The translations under genes were made by a program, and so were the position numbers. The notes below the pieces were generated by a model. The model was given only the letters and a program-made list of their open reading frames with translations, did not search any database and was not told where the DNA came from. This document shows, piece by piece, positions 18,930-27,084 of a DNA stretch of 64,000 nt; position 1 is the first letter of the stretch; each line of letters starts with the position of its first letter. The stretch spans positions 2,755,086 to 2,819,085 of the forward strand of contig OZ250151.1 in NCBI GenBank assembly GCA_965237725.1, written 5' to 3'. Source of the stretch: Candidatus Spongiihabitans sp. (lineage in GTDB: Bacteria > Pseudomonadota > Gammaproteobacteria > Arenicellales > Poriferihabitantaceae).

Positions 18930-19592
18930 ATGAGCATCGAAATCATTAATGGGATTCGTAGATATTTGCAGGTCAAGGTTGCGGAAGCTGACGGTGCACA
19001 GGAAGTTCTGAATCATTTAGGCAGTATAGCGTTAACAGATAAAAATCGTTGTTACCGCGAACCGCAGATTCCGGAGAATCTCAGCAGTCAACTTGAAACC
19101 GCAATACAACAGTCGGGCAGTGAACTAGGGAGTTTGGTAGAAGCCATAGCTGCAGCTAAAGATGATCTGCACTGGCGAGTCGACCGCGGTCTATATTATG
19201 AACCCGGTGCCGAGGTTGGATCCGAATACACAGAAAATAATATGCACTGTGAATTAATCGGCCCGAACAGTGCTGATTATTACTGCGAAGATTTCAGGCT
19301 CGGCGTGTTTCTTCTCGGCCCACGGGTGCTCTATCGCGATCACACCCACGCCGCACCGGAATTTTATTTGACCCTAACCGGCCCCACCGGCTGGCGATTC
19401 GATCTTGGGCAATGGCAGGACCATGATTCAGGATCGATGATCTGGAATCATGCGAGTCAGGTTCACGCGATTCGAGTATATGACAAACCATTTTTGTCGG
19501 TTTATTCCTGGACTCAGGATGTCAATGAAAAATGCCAGGTGGTTTCCGCCAGCGACTGGGATGACATACAAAATAATCTGAGGATGAGTTAA
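18930..19592 (+). CDS. dddL: DMSP lyase family cupin (DddL-like)
   Basis: 220 aa. The C-terminal cupin has YRDHTHAAPEFYLTLTGPTGW, WNHASQVH and PFLSVYSWTQDV. I recognise these as the DddL/DMSP_lyase family pattern, but this was not verified by search. Confidence 0.5.
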   Translation: MSIEIINGIRRYLQVKVAEADGAQEVLNHLGSIALTDKNRCYREPQIPENLSSQLETAIQQSGSELGSLVEAIAAAKDDLHWRVDRGLYYEPGAEVGSEYTENNMHCELIGPNSADYYCEDFRLGVFLLGPRVLYRDHTHAAPEFYLTLTGPTGWRFDLGQWQDHDSGSMIWNHASQVHAIRVYDKPFLSVYSWTQDVNEKCQVVSASDWDDIQNNLRMS

Positions 19593-19776
19593 TGGCATTG
19601 CCTTTATCTCGTCGACTGGATTTATTTTTCGTTAAAAATCATGGTGTAGATCGAAAACTAATTTTGGGTTTCACGTGTAGTCTTGAAATACGTTTAGTGT
19701 TTTCTATGGTCAAAAAGTGGATCCCGGATAAGTGCTCAGCACTTTCCGTGATGACGTTAGGATAAGCACTTCGAAT

Positions 19777-20036
19777 TTGTTCGTATCATCCCTGATACTC
19801 ACCCCGCTGGGGCTACGCGAAATTCTGCTCCCGGCAGAATTTTGTTCGTATCATCCTTGATACTCACCCCGTTGGGGCTATGCGAAATTCTGCTCCTGGC
19901 AGAATTTTGTTCGTATCATCCTTGATACTCACCCCGTTGGGGCTATGCGAAATTCTGCTCCTGGCAGAATTTTGTTCGTATCATCCTTGATACTCACCCC
20001 GTTGGGGCTATGCGAAATTCTGCTCCTGGCAGAATT
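19777..20036 (+). repeat. Four head-to-tail copies of the 65-bp three-hairpin R1 unit (starts 19777, 19842, 19907, 19972)
   Basis: The exact 65-nt period was read from the sequence. Copies 2-4 are identical. Copy 1 differs at a few positions (CCCTGATAC versus CCTTGATAC, CCGCTGG versus CCGTTGG, CTACGCG versus CTATGCG, CTCCCGG versus CTCCTGG). There is no unique spacer between units. Confidence 0.9.
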
Positions 20037-20191
20037 TTCCGGGATGACGGGGTGTGAGGACGCTTTCCGGGATGACGATAGGGGCAGTGAGTGGGTTGTA
20101 GTATGACGGTGTGCGGTCGGGTGCGTTGTGGGCCACAACAGGGAAATGGAAGGAAAATATCAAACGCCGACACGGCAAAAATTAACCCCTC

Positions 20192-20228
20192 CGTCATTCC
20201 GGAAGACCGCAGGTCTATCCGGAATCCA
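20192..20228 (+). repeat. R2 nested-hairpin repeat copy
   Basis: CGTCATTCCGGAAGACCGCAGGTCTATCCGGAATCCA. Confidence 0.8.
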
Positions 20229-20260
20229 TAGTTGACGGTATCGGGAGTTGGAAATTAATA

Positions 20261-21490
20261 TTAATCGGCGTCAGCCATGGCGTAGATATCGATTTCGATG
20301 CACATACCTTCATAGGCCAAAACAGGTAACGGCACACCGGTAGTCGCTGGTCCGGGATCATTAAAATAGGATGAGCGAATGGGCAAATTATCGTTTAACG
20401 CCTCGGGACCGCAATCGCCCTGATACACCGTCATGACTTTGGTAACGTCGTCGAAGTCTGCGCCGAGCTCATTTAATATGGTTTTGATATGCGCCATGGC
20501 CTGGTGGGTCTGGGGTGTTAATTCCCCCGGGTGAACTGCACGCCCTTTTTTGTCGATGGAAACCTGGCCGCCGAGAAAAATCATTCGACCACATTTAAGT
20601 CCGTGCTGGTAGGGTAGATGGACGTGCCAATCCCATAGCGATTCCGGCCAGACATGTCGTCGCGGCAAATGCTCGCCATTTTTCCCAAGCATGGCGATTA
20701 CCCCAATTTTGATTAACATATCCGGGTCGCCATGGCGAGGCAGGGGAATGCCCGTCGCCGCAGGACCGGGCTCGCTAAAATTTGCTGCGCAGGCCAGTGC
20801 CGCAGGTTCAAAATCTTCCAGGGCATCACCGCCAGCGTACCAGCGATTTATTTTTACAACGTCATCAAAACCAGCACCGAAATACTTGAGTGTCGATTCA
20901 ATATGGGACATGACCTGATTAGTCTGTTTCAGGATACTTCCCTGGTTGATCAGAGCGCCATCGGGGTTGAACGAGCATTGGGAGGAGACATAGATCATTT
21001 CTTCGCATTGCAACCCGCTGCAGAATTTTTCCGAAATCATTTCGGGATATACCCCTTTGCAATAGTTGCGCTCAAGGGCGCTGCCATCTTCCGCGCTCAT
21101 AACGACCCCTTCAATTTCTACCAGCATGCCATCGTAGGCGAGATAGGGAATTGGAATTGCCGTGACCGCAGTACAGCTGCCATCGGGCAGTGCTGCTGCA
21201 ACTTGTTGCAGAAATTCTTTCTCATCAACACTGCCATCGTTGACATAAAAACAATTCAGGCTGACCAGGTCATTCAAACTGCTGTTCATTTCACCAAGCA
21301 CCCGATCAAAATTATTCATGACGTTTCTGGTTTGAGTGTTGAGGTCACCAAAATTAAGCACTTCTCCCTGTGGGCTCAAATCCACCTGGCCGCCCACCCA
21401 CATCATCTCGCTGCAGCGCACACCATGCTTGTGATTGATTTTAATCGGCCAGTTCCAATGACCTTCAGGCCAGACATGTTGTTTTTTCAT
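20261..21490 (-). CDS. Triple tandem Rid/YjgF-domain protein (three Rid domains on one chain)
   Basis: 409 aa with three Rid-like units of about 130 aa (aa 1-132, 145-268, 277-406). Units 1 and 3 open with HVWPEGHWNWP and HVWPESLWDWH. The units end with LVEIEGVVM, LIKIGVIAM and CIEIDIYAM. The position of the RidA catalytic Arg is not Arg in any unit (TAVTAIP, PAATGIP, PATTGVP). Confidence 0.75.
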   Translation of the reverse strand: MKKQHVWPEGHWNWPIKINHKHGVRCSEMMWVGGQVDLSPQGEVLNFGDLNTQTRNVMNNFDRVLGEMNSSLNDLVSLNCFYVNDGSVDEKEFLQQVAAALPDGSCTAVTAIPIPYLAYDGMLVEIEGVVMSAEDGSALERNYCKGVYPEMISEKFCSGLQCEEMIYVSSQCSFNPDGALINQGSILKQTNQVMSHIESTLKYFGAGFDDVVKINRWYAGGDALEDFEPAALACAANFSEPGPAATGIPLPRHGDPDMLIKIGVIAMLGKNGEHLPRRHVWPESLWDWHVHLPYQHGLKCGRMIFLGGQVSIDKKGRAVHPGELTPQTHQAMAHIKTILNELGADFDDVTKVMTVYQGDCGPEALNDNLPIRSSYFNDPGPATTGVPLPVLAYEGMCIEIDIYAMADAD

Positions 21491-21516
21491 AATTATAAAT
21501 AGGCTAATTTATTGTA

Positions 21517-22566
21517 TTAAATGCTCTGGGCTGCTTCGCACATGTTTTTTAGTTTTGCCATTGCCAAGTCTCTACTCAGCATAATCAGCCCGCAGTCGGG
21601 GGCTGCGAGCAGTCGATCTGAGTCGATATGATCCAAAGCAGAATTCAGTCGTTGTCGAATTTCATCAACAGATTCAATTTTAGAACTGGCTACGGTAATC
21701 ACGCCGAGAATCACAGAAGTGTTTTGGTATTTCTCCAGCAGGCTCAGGTCATTGAGGCAGTGGGCGTCTTCGATGGACACCTGGTTGATGTTGGTGGCAT
21801 CAACTGCAGAAGCCAACTCGAAATAGCTGTTAGGGTCGGCTTTTTTGTAATCGTCGTCGTCCAGATGTCCGGGATAACCACAACACATATGCATCACTCG
21901 GGTGACACTATCCGGAACACCGTGGAAGCATCGGTCGAGACATTCCACGCCATAGTCCAGGGCCTGATCTACTTTGCGTGCAAAAAGAGGCTCATCAACC
22001 TGAATATATTTGCAGCCAGCGTCTGACAGCCCGCGAATTTCATAATTCAGGGCATCTGCAAGATCGAATGCCAGTTTGCGTTCATCATTATAAAATACGT
22101 CTGCAGTGGTATCGATGATGGTCAATGGTCCGGGCACTGTGATTTTCACCGGCTTGCTGGTGAAACTCTGAGCGGTTTTAAAATCGGTATCGAGAAAATG
22201 ATTTTTCCGCGGTGAAATTTTTCCAGCGATGGTGGGAAGCGGCGCAATCGCAGCGCCATTACGATGAACCTTTTCCGTGATGTTTTCAAAATCGATACCT
22301 TCGATATGTCGGCAATGATAGTGAATATAATTTTCACGACGTAGTTCGCCATCGGTGGGGATGTCGATCCCGCAGCTAACCTGGTCCTCGATGGCGGCGG
22401 CCGTAGCCTCATCGAGCAACTCTATAGGGACTTCATCCGCCCGATCATTGGTATAGGTGAACGAACGGCTTTCGTCGTTGCTTTGATCTTCGGTCTCTGC
22501 CCAGTTGCCTGTGGTAATATTTTCGGGCTTTGGATATGCGCCGATGCAGGTGGTTTGAATGGCCAT
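21517..22566 (-). CDS. Cobalamin-independent methionine synthase (MetE C-terminal domain)-like methyltransferase
   Basis: 349 aa. Meth_synt_2-type blocks are GELRRENY, IQVDEPLF, HMCCGYPGH and APDCGL (Zn / thiol-substrate site). Confidence 0.75.
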   Translation of the reverse strand: MAIQTTCIGAYPKPENITTGNWAETEDQSNDESRSFTYTNDRADEVPIELLDEATAAAIEDQVSCGIDIPTDGELRRENYIHYHCRHIEGIDFENITEKVHRNGAAIAPLPTIAGKISPRKNHFLDTDFKTAQSFTSKPVKITVPGPLTIIDTTADVFYNDERKLAFDLADALNYEIRGLSDAGCKYIQVDEPLFARKVDQALDYGVECLDRCFHGVPDSVTRVMHMCCGYPGHLDDDDYKKADPNSYFELASAVDATNINQVSIEDAHCLNDLSLLEKYQNTSVILGVITVASSKIESVDEIRQRLNSALDHIDSDRLLAAPDCGLIMLSRDLAMAKLKNMCEAAQSI

Positions 22567-22601
22567 GATTCAGATTAACAATTGTTTACTAATTTTGATA
22601 G

Positions 22602-23570
22602 CTAACAAGGGGAATGAGGATATGACAGGGCGGAAGCTAATTCAATTATTTTTTTTGGGCCAATCTGGCAACAACCGCCAATAATATTCGCGCCCTGTTT
22701 CATCCATTCCACCCCGGCGGTGTCCAAATTTAATGATGAATGAGCACAATTCCAGGATTTCGTTTGCGGGCTATAACTCTGGCCAGAATTCGGATAGATA
22801 ATCACCGCCTTGTCTGGGGCAGCAGTTTTTACCTGTTCAATCAAGCCCGAGATATATTGGGGTGGGGTGCAGTTAATTCCAACTGCAGCTACGTTGGGAT
22901 GATCATTAAATAACGCCGCTACATTTTTAACTGGCGTGCCATCGTTGATATGCAAATCGTCTTTGCATGAAAAGCTTATCCACGCGGGTTTAGTGGTTTC
23001 CAACAAAAGGTCGTGGAGGACACAGGCTTCTTCAAAACTCGGTATGGTTTCGCAGGCCAGAATACTTGCTTCACTGTTATCCAGCAGGGTCATTCTTGAT
23101 TGATGAAATACTTTTAATGCGATTTCATCCACATCGTAATCACCGGTGTATTCCGAGCCGTCTGCGAGGTAAGCGCCGTATGGACCAATACTGGCTGCGA
23201 CCAAGGGCATAAATTTTAATGGCTTCGGAGATTGTTCGATAAATTGTCTTCGCGCTTCAATTGCCAATGACACGGCTTTGACAATTAAATTCTCCGCATC
23301 GGTTTGGCTTAATCCGGATTCAATAAAGCCGAGTACAGACGCCTGATAACTCGCGCTGGTAATAATTTGTGCGCCGGCGTGAAGGTAGGCCAAATGAGCA
23401 GCAATAATAGAATCGGGATCATCAGCCAGGATTCTTGCAGACCAGAGCTTTGAGTTGAGAACTTGACCCTGGTTTTCAAGTTCCGTTGCCAGACCGCCGT
23501 CGAGAATAAGCGGACAACCCGATGCCAGAGCCTGTAGAAATCGGTTGTCTACAATTGTCTTATGACTCAA
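22602..23570 (-). CDS. Homocysteine S-methyltransferase (MmuM/BHMT family)
   Basis: 322 aa with LILDGGLATELE, LWSARIL, GINCTPP and GGCCQIGP. Confidence 0.85.
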   Translation of the reverse strand: MSHKTIVDNRFLQALASGCPLILDGGLATELENQGQVLNSKLWSARILADDPDSIIAAHLAYLHAGAQIITSASYQASVLGFIESGLSQTDAENLIVKAVSLAIEARRQFIEQSPKPLKFMPLVAASIGPYGAYLADGSEYTGDYDVDEIALKVFHQSRMTLLDNSEASILACETIPSFEEACVLHDLLLETTKPAWISFSCKDDLHINDGTPVKNVAALFNDHPNVAAVGINCTPPQYISGLIEQVKTAAPDKAVIIYPNSGQSYSPQTKSWNCAHSSLNLDTAGVEWMKQGANIIGGCCQIGPKKIIELASALSYPHSPC

Positions 23571-24531
23571 GAGAATGATCTAAGGATTGATCAACGGCGT
23601 AGTCATCACCCAACTGTTTAATTGCTGCGCAAATACGGGCGAAGCTGGACTTTGCTTTCTCGCTGCAATGCCGTGCGCGCAAATAGCCATGAATCAGTCC
23701 CGGTTCAACAATGCAGGTTGCATCGACGTCGGCACCCTGCAATCGTTTCACATATTCAGTGCCGTCATCGCATAACGGGTCATACTCTGCTGCAAAGCAG
23801 GCGCAGGGGGGTAGATCGCCATATTTAACCAGGGCCAGGGGATAATAAATTGGATCATGGGGTAATGGCGCTTCACCCGTGCGTAATTGTCGATATTGAT
23901 CGAGATTCGTAACGCTCAGGCCAGGGGGTGCTGCATGGCGTTTATAGGAATCCAGTTCGAGAAGATCTCCACCAAGCCAGGGATAGATCAAAACCTGGCC
24001 TAACGGTTGCCGATCGCTGCCATGTTGGGCAATACAAACCGCAGCGGCGAGGTTTCCACCGGAAGAATCGCCGGCGACGATAGTATGTCCATGATCCAGT
24101 GCGAGAAAGGCATCCAGCGCGTCTTCGAATTGAACCGGGTGGACAAACTCTGGAGCCAGTCGATAATCTATGGCAATGACCTTGTAACCTGTTGCATCAG
24201 CAATTTCCGCACAAATGGAATCGTGACTGTCCAGATTGCCCATGATGAATCCACCGCCGTGATAATAAATTACCGTGACCGGCGAACGGTGATCTCGATT
24301 TTCGTAGATCCTAATGGGAATAGGGCCATGGCGACCGGGAATTTCATGATCGGTAAGATTGATACCGGCGGCTATGGTTGCCTGGAAAATTTCCGCCATT
24401 TGCAGATACAGACTGCGAATATCTTCAATGCCCAATTTACTGGTATCCGATGGATAAATTTTATCACCGGTATCCAGATAAGTACGAAGTTCAGGGTCTA
24501 TATCGTATTGCTTCATATTATTTTGCGTCAT
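23560..24531 (-). CDS. Alpha/beta hydrolase fold-3 esterase (HSL-like)
   Basis: 323 aa with the oxyanion motif YYHGGGF and the nucleophile elbow GDSSGG. The stop overlaps the next gene's start by 11 nt. Confidence 0.8.
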   Translation of the reverse strand: MTQNNMKQYDIDPELRTYLDTGDKIYPSDTSKLGIEDIRSLYLQMAEIFQATIAAGINLTDHEIPGRHGPIPIRIYENRDHRSPVTVIYYHGGGFIMGNLDSHDSICAEIADATGYKVIAIDYRLAPEFVHPVQFEDALDAFLALDHGHTIVAGDSSGGNLAAAVCIAQHGSDRQPLGQVLIYPWLGGDLLELDSYKRHAAPPGLSVTNLDQYRQLRTGEAPLPHDPIYYPLALVKYGDLPPCACFAAEYDPLCDDGTEYVKRLQGADVDATCIVEPGLIHGYLRARHCSEKAKSSFARICAAIKQLGDDYAVDQSLDHSLES

Positions 24532-24617
24532 ATTAATTATGCCCTAGACCTTATGACTATAAGAGTGCCATGGAATCCTGCTAGTATCAATTCATGATTT
24601 TTAGAATTTTGGAATAA

Positions 24618-25688
24618 ATGCACAATTCGAACCTGAAACTGATGTGCTGGGAAGGCTATGATGCTGCACATATTCTGACCCCATTCGAGAATCGCCACAA
24701 CATCAAGGTCCAGGCGCAGACTTTGTTATCCGATGCGGGGACTGCAGATTTGTTGATGAACACAAATGACCATCGATGGGATGTGTTGAATATTAACAAT
24801 GCCTACGTGCGCGATGCTCTCCACCCGGCGGGAAAAATAAAAACCCTGAATGCTGAAGATTTTGGGGAATATCGCGAACACTGCCATGAGGTTTACAAAA
24901 CGATGCTGCCCTGGAGCTACGATGCCAATGCCAATGCCGATGAAAATGACAAGGGCAATCTGATTGGCATTGGCCAGCGATTTGGGCCATTTAACCTGGT
25001 GGTTAATACCAACCGGGTTAGCAAGTCAACTGCTGAAGATCAGGGTTTTGATTTAGCCAATGATCCAGGGAATGCCGGGCGTTTTGCAATACTGGATTAT
25101 CCAGATTTCAATGTTTTTCAGTTTTGTATCGGCGCCGGGTTGAATCCTTTTGATACTCTGGATGAAAATGCCATTGCAGCGTTTACCGAAACCGCGCGGC
25201 GATGGTATGGCGCTGCAAAAATCGTGAGCGACGATCATCATGATTTAAATCGCAGACTCATCCAAGGTGAAATCGATTTCTATATCAGTGGTGGTATTTA
25301 TACCGCCTCTCCTGCACGGCTCGAGGGCAACGCGAATATTCTTGCAGTAACCCCTAGCCGTGGTCCTATTGATGGCAAAGGTGGGATAGTTTTTAGTGAG
25401 ATCACTTCAGTTCTCAACCACGTACATTCCTCGGCCCATGCAGAATCATTTTTACATTACATGCTCGAGCCCGAAACCGCCATCGCCATTGCCTTCGTTC
25501 AGGGCACCTGCAATCCCGTAGCACAAATGGGCGACCCTGCGGTGTTTAATGGGTTTTCAAAAATTCAGCTTGACGCGATCCAGTGGCCGGGTCTTGAATC
25601 CGATCTCGCTCGCTGTGCCCACTACCAGATTCCTCCCAATAATCACCAATTACTCGATATACTCACCTCCGTAAAATCTGAACATTAA
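24618..25688 (+). CDS. Periplasmic-binding-protein-fold (PotD/family-1 SBP-like) protein without a signal peptide
   Basis: 356 aa. The ORF opens directly with the first SBP beta-strand (LKLMCWEGYDAAHILTPFE). No hydrophobic leader or lipobox is present. No transporter genes are adjacent. Confidence 0.55.
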   Translation: MHNSNLKLMCWEGYDAAHILTPFENRHNIKVQAQTLLSDAGTADLLMNTNDHRWDVLNINNAYVRDALHPAGKIKTLNAEDFGEYREHCHEVYKTMLPWSYDANANADENDKGNLIGIGQRFGPFNLVVNTNRVSKSTAEDQGFDLANDPGNAGRFAILDYPDFNVFQFCIGAGLNPFDTLDENAIAAFTETARRWYGAAKIVSDDHHDLNRRLIQGEIDFYISGGIYTASPARLEGNANILAVTPSRGPIDGKGGIVFSEITSVLNHVHSSAHAESFLHYMLEPETAIAIAFVQGTCNPVAQMGDPAVFNGFSKIQLDAIQWPGLESDLARCAHYQIPPNNHQLLDILTSVKSEH

Positions 25689-25706
25689 TTTCCGCTAGGT
25701 GACATC

Positions 25707-27074
25707 ATGGCAAAATCAAATCAAGCGAAAACCACCGAACAATTAAGAAAACACCTGGAAGGCCACAATATTAAATACCTGCTTCCAAGTTATGTGGACA
25801 TGCACGGTGTGCCAAAAGCAAAAATGGTACCTATCGCCCATCTGGAGAAAATGTTTACAGGTTCGGAGTTATTCACCGGCGCTGCTCTGGACGGCGTGCC
25901 CCAGGATGTTTCAGACGAGGAAGTTGCATCTCATCCCGATCCCGATTCCTGCATGATTGTGCCCTGGCGCTCGGACTGCGCGTGGTTTGCCAGCGATTTG
26001 TGGACCGAGGGAAAACCCTTCGAGCCCTGTAATCGGGGTATTTTAAAACGGGTACTGGCGGAAGCCGCGGACATGGGATACACGGTAAATTGTGGCATCG
26101 AGGCGGAGTTCTATGTATTCGAAGATGACGATGAACGGGTATCGCCCCTGAGTTCTTTACCTCATCTTGGAAAGCCAGCCTACGATACTGTGCGTTTAAT
26201 GGACAACCTGGACCTGTGGTTGAGTGATACCGTAGATGCCATGAATGAGCTGGGCTGGGATGTTTATTCATTTGATCATGAGGACGGAATCGGTCAGTTC
26301 GAGCTGGATTTCAATTATGCCGAAGCCCTGACCATGGCGGACCGATTTGTCTTTCTGCGGGTAATGGCCAATGAAATGGCGCGAAAACATGGTGCCTATG
26401 CCAGCTTTATGCCCAAACCTTTTGGCGACAAGGCAGGCAGTGGTGCGCACTACAATATGTCCCTGGCGTCTGCTGATGGCAAAAATCTGTTTGATGTAGG
26501 TTCGGGTTCCGATCCTCGTGGTTGTGGCTTAACCGAAATCGGTTATCATTTTATTGGCGGCGTGTTGCGCCACCTGCCCGCGGTACAGGCTGTATCGGCG
26601 CCTATGGTGAATAGTTATAAACGACTGATTGTCAAAGGCAGTACTTCGGGATTTACCTGGGCGCCGTGCTTCGTTTCTTATGGCAACAATAACCGCACCA
26701 ACACCCTGCGAATTCCTCGCGGTGGTGGACGAGTTGAGCTTCGTTCTGCGGACAGCGCCTGCAACCCTTATCTTGGCATCGCCATGATGGTGGCAGCGGG
26801 GCTGGAAGGTATTCGGGAAAAAGTGGATCCCGGCGAACCCCATGTTGAGAACCTGTACTATAAAACCGATGAAGAGCGAGCCGACCAAGGGGTGACCTGG
26901 TTGCCACGCACGCTGATTGAGGCGGTGGATGCATTTGAAAAAGATCCATTAAGCAAACAGGTTTTTGGTGATGTGATGTTCGATACCTGGGTTGAGTACA
27001 AGCGTGGGGAATGGCTCAGCTATTTGAATCATGTTTCCGATTGGGAGCGTGATCGTTACTTAAAATTCTTTTAG
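25707..27074 (+). CDS. Glutamine synthetase family gamma-glutamyl-amine ligase (GmaS/PuuA-like)
   Basis: 455 aa with GS catalytic blocks GIEAEFYVF, SFMPKPF, GSGAHYNMSL and NNRTNTLRIP ... RVELRSADSACNPYL. Confidence 0.8.
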   Translation: MAKSNQAKTTEQLRKHLEGHNIKYLLPSYVDMHGVPKAKMVPIAHLEKMFTGSELFTGAALDGVPQDVSDEEVASHPDPDSCMIVPWRSDCAWFASDLWTEGKPFEPCNRGILKRVLAEAADMGYTVNCGIEAEFYVFEDDDERVSPLSSLPHLGKPAYDTVRLMDNLDLWLSDTVDAMNELGWDVYSFDHEDGIGQFELDFNYAEALTMADRFVFLRVMANEMARKHGAYASFMPKPFGDKAGSGAHYNMSLASADGKNLFDVGSGSDPRGCGLTEIGYHFIGGVLRHLPAVQAVSAPMVNSYKRLIVKGSTSGFTWAPCFVSYGNNNRTNTLRIPRGGGRVELRSADSACNPYLGIAMMVAAGLEGIREKVDPGEPHVENLYYKTDEERADQGVTWLPRTLIEAVDAFEKDPLSKQVFGDVMFDTWVEYKRGEWLSYLNHVSDWERDRYLKFF

Positions 27075-27084
27075 GGGCAGCAAA

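Noticed and set aside
19777-20036. Regular 65-bp repeats that could be mistaken for a CRISPR array
   Set aside because: The units abut each other with no unique spacers. The unit is internally multi-hairpinned, and copies also occur singly elsewhere (8912-9074). No cas genes are present. I called it a REP/MITE-like tandem repeat instead.
20732-21502. Long antisense or shadow ORFs inside real genes. Examples: 20732-21502, 24007-24597, 12024-12512, 1456-1842, 2368-2829, 54708-55142 and 25873-26271.
   Set aside because: Each is fully embedded opposite or out of frame in a gene with strong family motifs. Their compositions are low-complexity or Arg/Pro/Ser-rich, as is typical of non-coding frames.
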